From Stellaceae bacterium (GTDB taxonomy: Bacteria; Pseudomonadota; Alphaproteobacteria; ATCC43930; CGMCC-115725), in the NCBI GenBank assembly GCA_035503615.1, contig DATJTI010000031.1:27507-91506 (forward strand): a stretch of DNA of 64,000 nt, given 5' to 3'. The translations under genes and the position numbers were made by a program. This document shows, piece by piece, positions 18,800 through 31,374 of this stretch. Position 1 is the first letter of the stretch, and the number at the start of each line of letters is the position of its first letter. The notes below the pieces were generated by a model. It saw nothing but the letters and a program-made list of their open reading frames with translations, was not told the DNA's origin and made no database searches.

Positions 18800-20362
18800 A
18801 TGCAGGTGACCGAAACGAGCGCCGACGGGCTCAAGCGCGAGTTCCGGATTGTCGTCCCGGCCGACGAGCTTGAGGGCAAGGTTGTCACCCGGCTCGACGA
18901 GCTCGGCCGCACCCTGCGCCTGCCGGGCTTCCGCCCCGGCAAGGTCCCGATGCAAATCCTGCGCCGCCGCTACGGCCCTTCGGTGCTCGGCGAGGTGCTG
19001 GAAAGCACGGTGCAGGGCAGCTCGGCCGAGACCCTCCGCGAGCACAATCTGCGCCCGGCTTTGCCACCCAAGGTCGATATCGTTGCGTTCGCCGAAGGCA
19101 CCGACCTCGAATACAACATGCAGGTCGAAATCCTGCCCGACATCCCCGAGCCGAGCTTCGCCGATCTCGGCATCGAGCGGCTGGTGGTCGAGGTGCCGGA
19201 AGACAGCGTCGATGCGGCGATCGCGCGGATCGCCGAGCAGCAGCGCAAATCGGAGCCGGTCGAGCGGCCGGCGGCGAGTGGCGATATCGTTGTCGTCGAT
19301 CTCGACGGCCGGATCGGCGACGAGGAGATCCCCGGCGCCGGCGGCAAGGATCGCCAGATCATGCTCGGCGCGAGCGGGTTCATCCCCGGCTTCGAGGACC
19401 AGCTGGTGGGCGCTGCCGCCGGCGAGCACCGCACCGTCGAGGTCACGTTTCCGGAGGATTACGCGATCCCGACACTCGCCGGCAAGGCGGCGGTGTTCGA
19501 GGTCGATGTCAAGGAGGTGCGCGAGCGGCTGCCGGTGGCGATCGATGACGAGCTCGGCAAGGCCGTCGGGCTCGAAACCCTGGCCGAGCTGCGCGCCGAG
19601 GTACAGCAGCAGATGGAGCGCGATTTCGCCGCGACCTCCCGTCTGCGGCTCAAGCGGGCCCTGCTCGACAAGCTCGCCGAACGCTACGATTTTCCGGTCC
19701 CGGCCGGCATGGTGGAGCTCGAATTCGAGAACATCTGGGCCCAGCACCAGGCCGAGCGAAACCAGGCCGAGCAGGCGCGCCAGGCCGAAGCGGGCGAGGG
19801 TGGCGACGAGCCGTCATCACCCGATACGGCGTCTGTCGAGCCGGCGGCAGCGGCGCCTGAATTCGCTGCGTCACCCGATGCCACGGCCGCTGCCGCGGTG
19901 GGCGCTGGCGATGCCGGTGCCGCCGAGGCGGTCGCGGCCGAGCCCGGTGCGGCGGCGCAGGCCGGCGAGGCCGGTGCGGACAATCAGCCTGATGAGGCCG
20001 AAGAGCGCAGCAAGGCGGAATACCGCATGATCGCCGAGCGCCGCGTGCGCCTCGGCCTGCTGCTGGCCGAAGTCGGGCGCACCAACAACATCACGGTCAG
20101 CCAGGAAGAGCTCAACCAGGCGATTACCCGCGAGGTCCGCCGGCATCCCGGATATGAGCGCCAAGCGCTGGATTTCTACCGCCAGAACCCGGAAGCAGTG
20201 GCCAGCCTGCGGGCGCCGATCTTCGAGGACAAGGTCGTCGATTTCATCGTCGAACTGGCAAAGGTCGAAGAGCGCCGGGTGACCCCGCAGGAATTGCTGG
20301 CGGTGCCCGACGCCGACGACGACAATGCGGCAGCTGGCGGCGACGGGCCGGCGGCAGCCTGA
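18800..20362 (+). CDS. tig: Trigger factor
   Basis: The N-terminus MQVTETSADGLKREFRIVVPADEL is typical. An FKBP-type PPIase core is present, and the C-terminus has an acidic/Ala-rich insert. The gene lies upstream of clpP-clpX-lon. Confidence 0.93.
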   Translation: MQVTETSADGLKREFRIVVPADELEGKVVTRLDELGRTLRLPGFRPGKVPMQILRRRYGPSVLGEVLESTVQGSSAETLREHNLRPALPPKVDIVAFAEGTDLEYNMQVEILPDIPEPSFADLGIERLVVEVPEDSVDAAIARIAEQQRKSEPVERPAASGDIVVVDLDGRIGDEEIPGAGGKDRQIMLGASGFIPGFEDQLVGAAAGEHRTVEVTFPEDYAIPTLAGKAAVFEVDVKEVRERLPVAIDDELGKAVGLETLAELRAEVQQQMERDFAATSRLRLKRALLDKLAERYDFPVPAGMVELEFENIWAQHQAERNQAEQARQAEAGEGGDEPSSPDTASVEPAAAAPEFAASPDATAAAAVGAGDAGAAEAVAAEPGAAAQAGEAGADNQPDEAEERSKAEYRMIAERRVRLGLLLAEVGRTNNITVSQEELNQAITREVRRHPGYERQALDFYRQNPEAVASLRAPIFEDKVVDFIVELAKVEERRVTPQELLAVPDADDDNAAAGGDGPAAA

Positions 20363-20376
20363 GGCGGGCGGTCGCA

Positions 20377-20415
20377 GCGAGGGGACGGGGCGAGAGGACG
20401 GGGCGAGGGGACGGA
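20377..20415. repeat. 13-bp G-rich tandem repeat x3
   Basis: The units are GCGAGGGGACGGG / GCGAGAGGACGGG / GCGAGGGGACGGA, located between the tig stop and the clpP start. Confidence 0.8.
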
Positions 20416-20468
20416 GATAGCAGCCGACCCAACCCGTGCGCCGGGTGGTACGGCCGAGGAGAAGGCAA

Positions 20469-21104
20469 ATGTCCGACTATTTCGAGCAGTATATGAACAA
20501 TCTGGTGCCGATGGTCGTCGAGCAGACGAATCGCGGCGAGCGCGCCTATGACATCTATTCGCGGCTGTTGAAGGAGCGGATCATTTTTCTGGTCGGTCCG
20601 GTCCATGATGCGGTCGCCAGCCTGATCTGCGCGCAGCTGTTGTTCCTCGAATCGGAAAACCCGACCAAGGACATCGCCTTTTACATCAATTCGCCGGGCG
20701 GGGTGGTAACCTCCGGGCTCGCGATCTACGACACGATGCAGTACATCCGTTCGCCGGTATCGACCGTGTGCATCGGACAGGCCGCCTCGATGGGTTCGCT
20801 GCTGCTGTGCGCGGGTGCGCATGGCAAGCGGTTCTCCCTGCCGAATTCGCGGATCATGATTCACCAGCCATCGGGCGGCGCTCAGGGCCAGGCCACCGAC
20901 ATCGAAATCCAGGCGCGCGAGATCCTGGCGATGCGTGCGCGGCTCAATGAAATCTACGTGCGCCATACCGGCCAGCCGCTCGAGGTCATCTCGGCCGCGG
21001 TCGAGCGCGACAAGTTTCTGTCGCCGTTCGAAGCACGGGATTTCGGCCTGGTGGACGAAGTGGTCGAGGCCCGGCCGGGCGGCTTCGAGGATCTCTCCCA
21101 CTGA
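20469..21104 (+). CDS. clpP: ATP-dependent Clp protease proteolytic subunit ClpP
   Basis: The product reads [29 protein letters not shown]..., with the catalytic region [11 protein letters not shown] and [12 protein letters not shown] 20469 follows GAGGAGAAGG. Confidence 0.95.
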   Translation: MSDYFEQYMNNLVPMVVEQTNRGERAYDIYSRLLKERIIFLVGPVHDAVASLICAQLLFLESENPTKDIAFYINSPGGVVTSGLAIYDTMQYIRSPVSTVCIGQAASMGSLLLCAGAHGKRFSLPNSRIMIHQPSGGAQGQATDIEIQAREILAMRARLNEIYVRHTGQPLEVISAAVERDKFLSPFEARDFGLVDEVVEARPGGFEDLSH

Positions 21105-21276
21105 GGCGGCAACCTCGCGGGCACGGCAACATGATTAAGCAGTTGTTGATCCGTGGCCAGCACATATACTCGATGGTTGCGGCAGGGCCGGTTGCCCGAC
21201 GCTGCCGGCTTGCGCGGTGCGCCGGGCGATCGAACTCGGGGCTGTCGACAAGCGTTCGGCCGAAGACGGAGTGGCG

Positions 21277-22542
<1,266 letters not shown>

Positions 22543-22669
22543 GGCGGGCCAGGCGTCGCCGGCAGCGGGTTACTTGACTGCCGGCAAAACCGGGCCAACC
22601 TAGAGACGACATGCCTGTTCCCGGCCGCCCGGCCCTTCCCGGGACGGCCCCGAGAAAAAAAGAGGGCTC

Positions 22670-25075
22670 ATGCTAGAACACGTGCGCGGTACGCTCTATC
22701 CGGTCCTGCCCCTGCGCGACATCGTCGTGTTTCCGCACATGATCGTGCCGCTGTTCGTCGGGCGCGAGAAGTCGGTTCGGGCTCTCGAGGACGTCATGAA
22801 GGATGACAAGCAGATCCTGCTCGTCACCCAGAAAAATGCGGCGCAGGACGATCCCGGCACGGCCGACATTTATTCGGTCGGCACGATCGGCACCGTGCTG
22901 CAGCTGTTGAAGCTGCCGGACGGCACGGTCAAGGTGCTGGTCGAGGGCGGCCAGCGCGCCCGCATCACCCGCTTCGCCGACAACGAAGCCTTCTTTCAGG
23001 CCGCCGCCGATCCGGTCGCCGAGAAGACCGGGGAGCCGCAGGAGATGGCGGCGCTCGGGCGGACCGTGGTCGCCCAGTTCGAGCAGTACATCAAGCTCAA
23101 CAAGAAGATCCCGCCCGAGGTCCTGGTGTCGATCAACCAGATCGACGATCAGGCCAAGCTCGCCGACACAGTGGCCTCGCACCTCAATCTGAAGATTCCC
23201 GAAAAGCAGGAGCTGCTGGAGACCGAGGCGGTGTCCGAGCGCCTCGAAAAAGTGTTTGGCTACATGGAAGGCGAGATCGGCGTGCTGCAGGTCGAAAAAC
23301 GGATCCGCAGCCGGGTCAAGCGCCAGATGGAGAAGACCCAGCGCGAATACTACCTCAACGAGCAGATGAAGGCGATTCAGAAGGAGCTCGGCGAGGGCGA
23401 GGACGGCCGCGATGAGATGGCCGAGCTCGAAGAGCGCATCAACAAGACCGCCTTCTCCAAGGAAGCCCGCGACAAGGCGACAGCGGAACTCAAAAAGCTC
23501 AAGAGCATGAGCCCGATGTCGGCCGAGGCGACGGTCGTGCGCAACTATCTCGACTGGCTCCTATCGGTGCCGTGGCACAACCGCACCAAGATCAAGCGCG
23601 ACGTCAAGGCGGCGGAAAAGGTGTTGAACGCCGACCATTTCGGGCTCGAAAAGGTCAAGGAGCGGATCCTCGAATACCTCGCGGTGCAGCAGCGCATCAA
23701 GAAGATGAAAGGCCCGATCCTGTGCCTGGTCGGCGCACCCGGGGTCGGCAAGACCTCGCTCGGCAAGTCGGTGGCCCGGGCCACCGGGCGCAATTTCGTG
23801 CGCATGTCTCTGGGTGGCGTGCGTGACGAAGCCGAGATTCGCGGCCACCGGCGCACCTATATCGGCTCGATGCCGGGCAAGGTGCTGCAGGGCATGAAAA
23901 AAGCCAAATCGTCGAACCCGTTGTTCCTGCTTGACGAAGTCGACAAGCTCGGGGCCGATTGGCGCGGCGACCCGTCCTCGGCGCTGCTCGAAGTACTCGA
24001 TCCCGAGCAGAATGGCGCGTTCAATGATCATTATCTCGAAGTTGATTACGATCTGTCGGATGTCATGTTCGTCACCACAGCGAACACGCTGCGCATTCCG
24101 CAGCCGCTCCTGGACCGCATGGAGATCATCCGCATCCCCGGCTACACCGAGGACGAGAAGGTCGAGATCGCGCGCCGTCACCTGATCCCCAAGCAGATGA
24201 CTGCGCACGGCATCCGCAAGAGCGAGTGGAACATCAGCGAAGACGCGATTCGCGACCTGATCCGCCACTACACGCGCGAAGCCGGGGTCCGCAACCTCGA
24301 GCGCGAGATCGCCAATCTGACCCGCAAGGCGATCAAAGACATCCTGATGAAGAAGACCGAGAAAGTGGCGGTCACCCGCCGCAATCTCGAAAAATATGCC
24401 GGGGTCAGGCGGTTCCGCTTTGGCGAAGCTGAGAGCGAGGATCTGGTCGGGGTCACGACCGGGCTCGCCTGGACCGAGGTCGGCGGCGAGTTGCTGACGA
24501 TCGAGGCGGTGACACTGCCCGGCAAGGGCCGCGTGACCGCGACCGGCAAGCTCGGCGACGTGATGAAGGAATCGGTGCAGGCAGCGGAGAGTTTCGTCAA
24601 GTCGCGTAGCCATGCCTTCGGCATCCGCCCGACCGTGTTCGACAAGCGCGACATCCATGTGCATGTGCCGGAAGGGGCGACGCCGAAGGACGGTCCGTCG
24701 GCCGGGGTGGCGATGGTGACCTCGATCGTCTCGGTGCTGACCGGGATCCCGGTCAAGAGCAGCATCGCGATGACCGGCGAGATCACGTTGCGCGGCCGTG
24801 TGCTCCCGATCGGCGGCGTCAAGGAGAAGCTGTTGGCGGCACTGCGCGGCGGGTTGAAGACCGTGCTGATCCCGCAGGACAACGAAAAAGACCTTGCCGA
24901 GATCCCGGACAACGTCAAGCGCGGCCTCAAGATCATCCCGATCCGCACCGTGGACGAATTGTTGTCACACGCGCTGGCCGGGCCGCTGACGCCGGTGGAT
25001 TGGACCGATGACGGCGAGCCGGCGCCGGTCATTCCCTCGGTTGGCGAAGAGCGCCCGGGGCTGATGACCCATTAG
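22670..25075 (+). CDS. lon: Lon protease
   Basis: The LON N-domain starts [20 protein letters not shown]. The AAA+ motif is GAPGVGKTS. The protease domain carries [11 protein letters not shown] with the catalytic Ser. Confidence 0.96.
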   Translation: MLEHVRGTLYPVLPLRDIVVFPHMIVPLFVGREKSVRALEDVMKDDKQILLVTQKNAAQDDPGTADIYSVGTIGTVLQLLKLPDGTVKVLVEGGQRARITRFADNEAFFQAAADPVAEKTGEPQEMAALGRTVVAQFEQYIKLNKKIPPEVLVSINQIDDQAKLADTVASHLNLKIPEKQELLETEAVSERLEKVFGYMEGEIGVLQVEKRIRSRVKRQMEKTQREYYLNEQMKAIQKELGEGEDGRDEMAELEERINKTAFSKEARDKATAELKKLKSMSPMSAEATVVRNYLDWLLSVPWHNRTKIKRDVKAAEKVLNADHFGLEKVKERILEYLAVQQRIKKMKGPILCLVGAPGVGKTSLGKSVARATGRNFVRMSLGGVRDEAEIRGHRRTYIGSMPGKVLQGMKKAKSSNPLFLLDEVDKLGADWRGDPSSALLEVLDPEQNGAFNDHYLEVDYDLSDVMFVTTANTLRIPQPLLDRMEIIRIPGYTEDEKVEIARRHLIPKQMTAHGIRKSEWNISEDAIRDLIRHYTREAGVRNLEREIANLTRKAIKDILMKKTEKVAVTRRNLEKYAGVRRFRFGEAESEDLVGVTTGLAWTEVGGELLTIEAVTLPGKGRVTATGKLGDVMKESVQAAESFVKSRSHAFGIRPTVFDKRDIHVHVPEGATPKDGPSAGVAMVTSIVSVLTGIPVKSSIAMTGEITLRGRVLPIGGVKEKLLAALRGGLKTVLIPQDNEKDLAEIPDNVKRGLKIIPIRTVDELLSHALAGPLTPVDWTDDGEPAPVIPSVGEERPGLMTH

Positions 25076-25251
25076 GTCATTGTAGCCGGGCCCAAGACGG
25101 AGCAACCACAGCATCGAGAACGTATTGTAATGCTTAACAAACGTCTCGATGCTGGTCCGCACGGGCGATTGACCGCGGGTCCCTTGCGCTCTAAACTTCT
25201 CGGCGAAAGAGTCCAGCCAACGATCTCGCACTCTCGTCAGGGGGGCAGCCC

Positions 25252-25524
25252 GTGAACAGGAACGAACTCGTCGATGCCGTAGCCAGCAAATCGGAATTGA
25301 GGAAGTCGGAGGCAAGCCGGGCCGTCGACGCGGTGTTTGATGCTATCACCGCGGCGCTCAAAGGTGGGGAAGAGGTACGGCTTGTCGGCTTCGGCACATT
25401 TTCGGTAGCCGCCCGAGCGGCTTCCGAGGGGCGCAATCCGCGCACCGGGGAGAAGATCAAGATTGCCGCATCGAAGCAGCCAAAATTCAAGGCCGGCAAG
25501 GGGTTGCGCGATTCGCTGAACTGA
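25252..25524 (+). CDS. hupB: DNA-binding protein HU
   Basis: GTG start, 90 aa. The product reads NRNELVDAVASKS...GFGTFSVAARAASEGRNPRTGEKIKIAASKQPKFKAGKGL. Confidence 0.93.
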   Translation: MNRNELVDAVASKSELRKSEASRAVDAVFDAITAALKGGEEVRLVGFGTFSVAARAASEGRNPRTGEKIKIAASKQPKFKAGKGLRDSLN

Positions 25525-25671
25525 GCGCGGACAGCCGCCAGAGCGCGGCCCGGAAGATCCAGGGCATGGACAACCGGCGCGAAAGATGCGGCACCGTCCC
25601 GAGCCGATAAGGCGTCCCGCAGAAGCCGGCGCCTGAGAGGCTCGCCGCAACACATCGGCGGATGACGCGAT

Positions 25672-25747
25672 GGGCGATTAGCTCAGCTGGCAGAGCATCT
25701 CGTTTACACCGAGGGGGTCGGGGGTTCGAATCCCTCATCGCCCACCA
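25672..25747 (+). tRNA. tRNA-Val (UAC)
   Basis: The acceptor stem is GGGCGAT/ATCGCCC, the anticodon loop is TTTACAC (TAC), the T-loop is TTCGAAT, and the 3' end is ACCA. Length 76 nt. Confidence 0.92.
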
Positions 25748-25803
25748 GACACACGCTGGCGACGCCGTACCGATCGGTCCCGTCGTCACCGCGATGGCCG
25801 GTC

Positions 25804-25890
25804 CGCCTCGCCATGGTGCCCGCCTCGCCTTGGTGCCTACCTCGCCATGGCCGCACGATGTTGCCTCGACGCACGATGTTGCTTCGATGA
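25804..25890. repeat. Two adjacent short tandem repeats (17 bp x3, then 18 bp x2)
   Basis: The first array is CGCCTCGCCATGGTGCC / CGCCTCGCCTTGGTGCC / TACCTCGCCATGGCCGC. It is followed directly by ACGATGTTGCCTCGACGC / ACGATGTTGCTTCGATGA. Both lie in the tRNA-Val to tRNA-Asp spacer. Confidence 0.8.
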
Positions 25891-26115
25891 GACGCCGGGG
25901 ATCGGCAGCCGGTGCCTGCTGTCGGTATTCTTGCGGCTGCCACCCACCGCACTGCACTCACCACGGCAAAGGATCTCGCGCGAGGCTCGCCTGGGGCAGG
26001 TGCAACGGCTCGCTTGCTCGCCGCCCGAAACCCACGCGGCTTGACACCCTTGCGGGGGAGGGCTAAGGCTGAGCGCCCCAACGGTACGGGATATATCCGC
26101 CTGGTCGAGGGCCGA

Positions 26116-26192
<77 letters not shown>

Positions 26193-26340
26193 TCGACCGT
26201 AGGCCGTGCCGGCGGCGGTCGCGGCGATCCCGCACTGATGTTCCCGAAGGAGGATCGGACCGATACCGAGTGGATCAGGTCGCCGGCTGGCCGCCTTTGC
26301 ACATGAGGAGCCGTTGGCTGGCGCCGATCGGAGTTGAACG

Positions 26341-26706
26341 ATGGACCGCCTGCTGCACGAATATTTCCCGATCCTGATCTTCCTGATCATCGCCGGCGCG
26401 ATCGCGGTGGCGATGGTGGCGGGTTCGTTCGTGGTCGCCCGACAGCGGCCGGACAGCGAAAAGCTGTCGCCCTACGAATGCGGCTTCGAGCCGTTCGAGG
26501 ATGCCCGGATCCGCTTTGACGTGCGCTATTACCTCGTCGCCATCCTGTTCATCATCTTTGATCTCGAGGTCGCCTTCCTGTTTCCGTGGGCGGTGGCGCT
26601 CGGCGATGTCGGGCTGTTCGGCTTCTGGTCGATGCTGGTTTTCCTCGGGGTGCTGACCGTCGGGTTCATCTACGAGTGGCGCAAGGGAGCGCTCGAATGG
26701 GAATGA
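26341..26706 (+). CDS. nuoA: NADH-quinone oxidoreductase subunit A
   Basis: 121 aa with 3 TM segments and the [10 protein letters not shown] motif. It is the first gene of the nuo operon. Confidence 0.93.
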   Translation: MDRLLHEYFPILIFLIIAGAIAVAMVAGSFVVARQRPDSEKLSPYECGFEPFEDARIRFDVRYYLVAILFIIFDLEVAFLFPWAVALGDVGLFGFWSMLVFLGVLTVGFIYEWRKGALEWE

Positions 26707-27254
26707 GCGACGCACCACGATCGGCCGCGCCCACGGGTCCGGTGTCCGTCGCCGGCCAGCCGAGCCTGCTGTTGCGGGCGGCGACCGACGATCTTCAGGA
26801 CAAGGGGTTTGTGACCGCCCGCCTCGATGCGCTGCTCAATTGGGCGCGCAGCGGATCGTTGTGGCCGATGACGTTCGGCCTCGCCTGTTGTGCCGTCGAG
26901 ATGATGCACACCGGTGCCAGTCGCTACGACCTCGACCGCTTTGGTGTGGTGTTTCGGGCGAGCCCGCGACAGTCGGACGTGATGATCGTCGCCGGCACAT
27001 TGTGCAACAAGATGGCGCCGGCCTTGCGCAAGGTCTACGACCAGATGGCCGAGCCGCGCTGGGTGATCTCGATGGGCTCCTGCGCCAATGGCGGCGGCTA
27101 TTACCACTATTCCTACTCGGTGGTGCGCGGCTGCGACCGGATCGTCCCGGTCGATGTCTATGTGCCGGGCTGTCCGCCGACGGCGGAGGCATTGCTTTAC
27201 GGCGTGCTGCTGCTGCAGAAGAAAATCAGGCGCACCAACAATTTCACCCGCTGA
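26697..27254 (+). CDS. nuoB: NADH-quinone oxidoreductase subunit B
   Basis: The cluster N2 ligands are present: [20 protein letters not shown] and VPGCPP. ATG 26697 (or 26703) overlaps the nuoA stop. The ORF-track start at 26586 is an out-of-gene extension. Confidence 0.93.
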   Translation: MGMSDAPRSAAPTGPVSVAGQPSLLLRAATDDLQDKGFVTARLDALLNWARSGSLWPMTFGLACCAVEMMHTGASRYDLDRFGVVFRASPRQSDVMIVAGTLCNKMAPALRKVYDQMAEPRWVISMGSCANGGGYYHYSYSVVRGCDRIVPVDVYVPGCPPTAEALLYGVLLLQKKIRRTNNFTR

Positions 27255-27892
27255 TGCCGGCGATGGAGGACCGACTGAACGCGCTCGCCGAGCACCTCGC
27301 GGCGACCCTGCCTGACGCGATCGGCGAACGCCGGATCCGCCACGGCGAGTTGTGTGTGAATGTCGAGCGCACTGCGCTGGCGCAGGTGCTCCGGTTTCTG
27401 CGCGACGACGCCAAGTGCCGCTTCACCGTATTATGCGACATTTGCGGAGTCGATTTCCCCGACCGCCCGATGCGTTTCGAGGTCGTCTATAATCTGCTGA
27501 GCATGAGCCTCAACCAACGGATTCGCGTCAAGGTCGTGACCGATGAAAACGCGCCGGTGCCGTCGGCCACGACGCTTTTCAGCAGCGCTGGATGGTGGGA
27601 GCGCGAGGCCTGGGACCTCTACGGGATCCTGTTTGCCGACAATCCCGATCTGCGCCGAATCCTGACGGATTACGGGTTTGATGGGCACCCGCTGCGCAAG
27701 GATTTCCCGCTGACCGGCTATGTCGAACTGCGCTACGACGAAGAGCAGAAGCGGGTCGTCTACGAGCCGGTGCGGTTGCAGCAGGAGTTTCGCAGCTTCG
27801 ATTTTCTGTCGCCCTGGGAGGGGATGGACAAGATCCTCCCGGGAGACGAGAAAGCCGGTGGTACGGCGGCGCCGGATGGGGGAAACGGGTGA
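27254..27892 (+). CDS. nuoC: NADH-quinone oxidoreductase subunit C
   Basis: The 30-kDa-subunit blocks are [16 protein letters not shown] and [15 protein letters not shown] 27254 overlaps the nuoB TGA. Confidence 0.92.
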   Translation: MPAMEDRLNALAEHLAATLPDAIGERRIRHGELCVNVERTALAQVLRFLRDDAKCRFTVLCDICGVDFPDRPMRFEVVYNLLSMSLNQRIRVKVVTDENAPVPSATTLFSSAGWWEREAWDLYGILFADNPDLRRILTDYGFDGHPLRKDFPLTGYVELRYDEEQKRVVYEPVRLQQEFRSFDFLSPWEGMDKILPGDEKAGGTAAPDGGNG

Positions 27893-29115
27893 GCGAACCG
27901 CGCCCCCGCTCCGCGCCCAGCTCCGGAAGCGAGCTCGAAGGCCCGCCGCGGATCAAGAATTTCATGATGAATTTCGGGCCGCAGCATCCGGCGGCGCATG
28001 GCGTCATGCGGCTCGTCCTCGAAATGGACGGAGAGATCATCGAGCGCGCCGACCCGCATATCGGCCTGTTGCACCGCGGCACCGAAAAGCTGATCGAATA
28101 CAAGACCTATCTGCAGGCGATTCCGTATTTCGACCGGCTCGACTACGTGTCGCCGATGTGCCAGGAGCACGCTTTCGCGCTCGCCGTCGAAAAGCTGATG
28201 GGGATCACCCCGCCGCCGCGCGCCCAGTATATCCGCGTGCTGTTCGCGGAGATCACGCGCATCCTCAACCACCTCTTATGCATCTGCGCGTTCGGCCTCG
28301 ATGTCGGCGCGATCACCCCGTTCCTGTGGGGGTTCGAGGAGCGCGAGCGGCTGATGGAGTTCTACGAACGCGCCTCGGGTGCGCGCATGCACGCCAACTA
28401 TTTCCGCCCCGGCGGCGTCCATCTCGACCTGCCGGCCGGCCTCACTGACGACATCCTTGCCTTCTGCGCCACCTTCCCGAAGACGATCGACGACATCGAG
28501 CGGATCCTGACCGAAAATCGGATCTTCAAGGAACGCACCGTCGATATCGGCGTGGCGAGCGCCGAGCAGGCGGCCGATTGGGGCTTTTCCGGCCCGATGC
28601 TGCGCGGCTCCGGAATCGCCTGGGATTTGCGCCGGGCGCAGCCCTATGACGTCTACGACCAGATCGAATTCGATGTGCCGATCGGCAGGAATGGCGATTC
28701 CTACGATCGTTATCTGGTGCGGATCGAGGAGATGCGGCAATCGGTCAGGATCATCGAGCAGGCAGTGGCGCAGCTGCCGCCGGGGCCGGTCAAGGTCAAC
28801 GACCGCAAGATCGCCCCGCCGCCGCGGGCCGAGATGAAGACTTCGATGGAAGCGCTGATCCATTTCTTCAAGCTCTATACCGAGGGCTACCACGTACCGG
28901 CCGGCGAGACCTATACGGCGGTCGAGGCGCCAAAGGGCGAGTTCGGGGTCTATCTTGTCGCCGACGGCACGAACCGGCCCTATCGCTGCAAGATTCGGGC
29001 GCCGGGCTTCGCTTTTTTGCAGGCGGCCGACTTCATGTGCCGTGGCCACATGCTGGCCGATGTCGTTGCGATCATTGGTTCGATGGACATCGTCTTCGGT
29101 GAGATCGACCGATGA
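27889..29115 (+). CDS. nuoD: NADH-quinone oxidoreductase subunit D
   Basis: [15 protein letters not shown] is present and the C-terminus ends DIVFGEIDR. The GTG start overlaps the nuoC stop (GTGA). Confidence 0.95.
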   Translation: MSEPRPRSAPSSGSELEGPPRIKNFMMNFGPQHPAAHGVMRLVLEMDGEIIERADPHIGLLHRGTEKLIEYKTYLQAIPYFDRLDYVSPMCQEHAFALAVEKLMGITPPPRAQYIRVLFAEITRILNHLLCICAFGLDVGAITPFLWGFEERERLMEFYERASGARMHANYFRPGGVHLDLPAGLTDDILAFCATFPKTIDDIERILTENRIFKERTVDIGVASAEQAADWGFSGPMLRGSGIAWDLRRAQPYDVYDQIEFDVPIGRNGDSYDRYLVRIEEMRQSVRIIEQAVAQLPPGPVKVNDRKIAPPPRAEMKTSMEALIHFFKLYTEGYHVPAGETYTAVEAPKGEFGVYLVADGTNRPYRCKIRAPGFAFLQAADFMCRGHMLADVVAIIGSMDIVFGEIDR

Positions 29116-29765
29116 ACACCACCACCGCCGGGGCGCCGGTCGCGCAGCCGGAGAGCTTCGCATTCACGCCGGAAAACCTTGCAGCGGCACGGGCGCACAT
29201 CGCCAAATATCCGCCGGGCCGCCAGGCGAGCGCGGTCTTGGCGCTGCTCGATCTGGCACAACGCCAGGCCGGCGGCTGGTTGCCGCGGGCGGCGATGGAT
29301 CATGTTGCGCAACTGCTCGAAATGGCGCCGATCCGGGTCTACGAGGTCGGCAGCTTCTATACGATGCTCAATCTGCGACCGGTCGGGCGCTATCTGCTGC
29401 AGGCCTGCACGACGACACCGTGCTGGCTGCGCGGCTCGGACGCGGTGGTCGGCGCCTGCGAGAAGCAGCTCGGCATCGGCGTCGGTGGCACGACCGAGGA
29501 TGGCTTGTTCACCCTGGTCGAGGTCGAATGCCTCGGCGCCTGCGTCAACGCGCCGATCTTGCAGGTCAACGACGATTTCTACGAGGATCTGGATGGACCG
29601 GCGACCGAGGCGCTACTCGAGGCGCTGCGCGCCGGCCACCCGCCGCCACCGGGCTCGGTGATCGGGCGGCACGGCTCCGAGCCAGAGGGCGGCCGCACCA
29701 CGCTGAACGAGCCGGCGGCGCGCAACCCGGCCGGTGACCCCGGCGCCGGTTCCGAGAGGACATAA
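29112..29765 (+). CDS. nuoE: NADH-quinone oxidoreductase subunit E
   Basis: The 24-kDa 2Fe-2S subunit shows [14 protein letters not shown] and [12 protein letters not shown] Pro/Gly-rich C-terminal tail is present. Confidence 0.93.
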   Translation: MNTTTAGAPVAQPESFAFTPENLAAARAHIAKYPPGRQASAVLALLDLAQRQAGGWLPRAAMDHVAQLLEMAPIRVYEVGSFYTMLNLRPVGRYLLQACTTTPCWLRGSDAVVGACEKQLGIGVGGTTEDGLFTLVEVECLGACVNAPILQVNDDFYEDLDGPATEALLEALRAGHPPPPGSVIGRHGSEPEGGRTTLNEPAARNPAGDPGAGSERT

Positions 29766-31055
29766 ATGCTTGCCGACACTGACCGCATCTTCACCAATCT
29801 CTATGGCCAGGACGACTGGCGGCTCGATGGCGCGCGGCGCCGCGGCGATTGGGACGGCACCCGCGAACTGATCCTCAAGGGGCGTGACTGGATCGTCAAC
29901 GCGGCCAAGGAATCCGGGCTGCGCGGACGCGGCGGTGCCGGGTTTCCGACCGGGCTCAAATGGTCGTTCATGCCGAAGGAGAGCGAGCGGCCGACTTATC
30001 TCGTCGTTAATGCCGATGAGAGCGAGCCCGGCACCTGCAAGGACCGCGACATCATCCGCAACGATCCGCACAAGCTGATCGAGGGGGCATTGCTCGCCTC
30101 GGCCGGGATGGGGGTGCACCACTCTTACATCTACATCCGCGGCGAGTTCTACAACGAGGCGGTGCGCCTGCAGGCGGCGATCGACGAAGCCTATGCGGCG
30201 GGGCTGATCGGCAAGGATGCGTGCGGATCCGGCTACCCGTTCGAACTCCATCTGCACCGCGGCGCCGGTGCCTATATCTGCGGCGAGGAGACCGGGCTGC
30301 TCGAAAGCCTCGAAGGGCGCAAGGGCCAGCCGCGCCTCAAGCCGCCGTTTCCGGCGGCGGTCGGGCTTTATGGCTGTCCGACCACGGTCAACAATGTCGA
30401 GACGATCGCGGTGGTGCCGACCATCCTGCGGCGCGGTGCTGCCTGGTTCGCCGGGATCGGCCGGCCGCGCAACAGCGGCACCAAGGTGTTCTGCATCTCC
30501 GGGCACGTCAACCAGCCGTGCAATGTCGAAGAAGAGATGGGCATTCCGCTCAAGGAACTGATCGAGCGCCATGCCGGCGGGGTGCGCGGCGGCTGGGACA
30601 ATCTCCTGGCGGTGATCCCGGGCGGCTCGTCGGTGCCGGTCTTGCCGAAATCGATCTGCGACACGGTCTTGATGGATTTCGACAGCCTGGTCGCGGTCAA
30701 GAGCGGGCTCGGCACGGCCGCGGTCATCGTCATGGACAAGACGACCGATATCGTCAAGGCGATCGCCCGCTTGTCCAAATTCTACAAGCACGAGAGTTGC
30801 GGGCAATGCACGCCGTGCCGCGAGGGCACCGGCTGGATGTGGCGTGTCGTGGAGCGGATGGCCGAGGGCAATGCGGCACCGGCCGAGATCGATGCGCTGC
30901 TCGACGTCTCCTACCAAGTCGAAGGCCACACGATCTGCGCCTTGGGCGACGCCGCGGCCTGGCCGATCCAGGGGCTGATCCGCCATTTCCGACCGGAAAT
31001 CGAGCGCCGCATCGCGCTACATCGAGCAGCCGCGCTGCCGCAGGCGGCAGAGTAA
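29766..31055 (+). CDS. nuoF: NADH-quinone oxidoreductase subunit F
   Basis: The FMN/NADH site is [16 protein letters not shown]. The 4Fe-4S motif is [12 protein letters not shown]. Confidence 0.96.
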   Translation: MLADTDRIFTNLYGQDDWRLDGARRRGDWDGTRELILKGRDWIVNAAKESGLRGRGGAGFPTGLKWSFMPKESERPTYLVVNADESEPGTCKDRDIIRNDPHKLIEGALLASAGMGVHHSYIYIRGEFYNEAVRLQAAIDEAYAAGLIGKDACGSGYPFELHLHRGAGAYICGEETGLLESLEGRKGQPRLKPPFPAAVGLYGCPTTVNNVETIAVVPTILRRGAAWFAGIGRPRNSGTKVFCISGHVNQPCNVEEEMGIPLKELIERHAGGVRGGWDNLLAVIPGGSSVPVLPKSICDTVLMDFDSLVAVKSGLGTAAVIVMDKTTDIVKAIARLSKFYKHESCGQCTPCREGTGWMWRVVERMAEGNAAPAEIDALLDVSYQVEGHTICALGDAAAWPIQGLIRHFRPEIERRIALHRAAALPQAAE

Positions 31056-31374
31056 AAATGCAAATCAAAAGAGCTGAACCGCTCGCTATTCCTGGCGCAA
31101 ATAGGGGCTATCCCAGGAACACCGGGCGGTTGACATTGATCACAACCCGTCAGCCCTTTTTCGTCTTGGCCGGGCTTGTCCCGGCCATCCACGCTATAGG
31201 CGTTCGTCGTGATCTCGTGGGTGTCCGGATCCGGTCCGGGCATGACGAAGCGTGGTGGGAGATGCTCGGTTATAAACCCTGTTTGGGTTGCAAATCCGAT
31301 TTTGCCTCATCGTCTTCTCGCGGGGGCGATGAATCCGCATCGCGAACCGCACAACGCCAGTCGAGTGTAGCCCG
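31056..31374. repeat. Non-coding spacer with a palindromic repeat element between nuoF and nuoG
   Basis: This 319-bp gap lies in an otherwise tightly packed operon. It contains a perfect hairpin GGCCGGG-cttgt-CCCGGCC (31168-31186) and the palindrome CCGGATCCGG (31225-31234). Six-frame pseudo-peptides (..GLVPAIH.. on plus, ..VDGRDKPGQDE.. on minus, ..SGHDE.. on plus) resemble a repeat family I recall being commonly mis-called as ORFs in alphaproteobacterial genomes. Confidence 0.5.

Noticed and set aside
22573-22605. Possible sigma-32 heat-shock promoter upstream of lon (CTTGACT ... CCTAGAG).
   Set aside because: The spacing between the CTTG element and the CCTAGA element is about 22 nt, which is too long for the RpoH consensus I know. 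At the correct spacing the -10 match is poor, so the evidence is insufficient.
25525-25671. Possible rho-independent terminators after hupB, and after lon, alaS, mce and the rSAM gene.
   Set aside because: I found no GC-rich stem followed by a T-tract at any of these sites. The apparent matches were direct repeats rather than inverted ones.
26586-26696. Upstream extensions of nuoB (from 26586), nuoC (26840), nuoH (33407), nuoI (34372), nuoL (35574) and nuoN (39177) as listed in the ORF track.
   Set aside because: The extensions overlap the preceding nuo gene in another frame and lack homology-like sequence. Canonical N-termini begin at internal ATG or TTG codons adjacent to the upstream stop codons.
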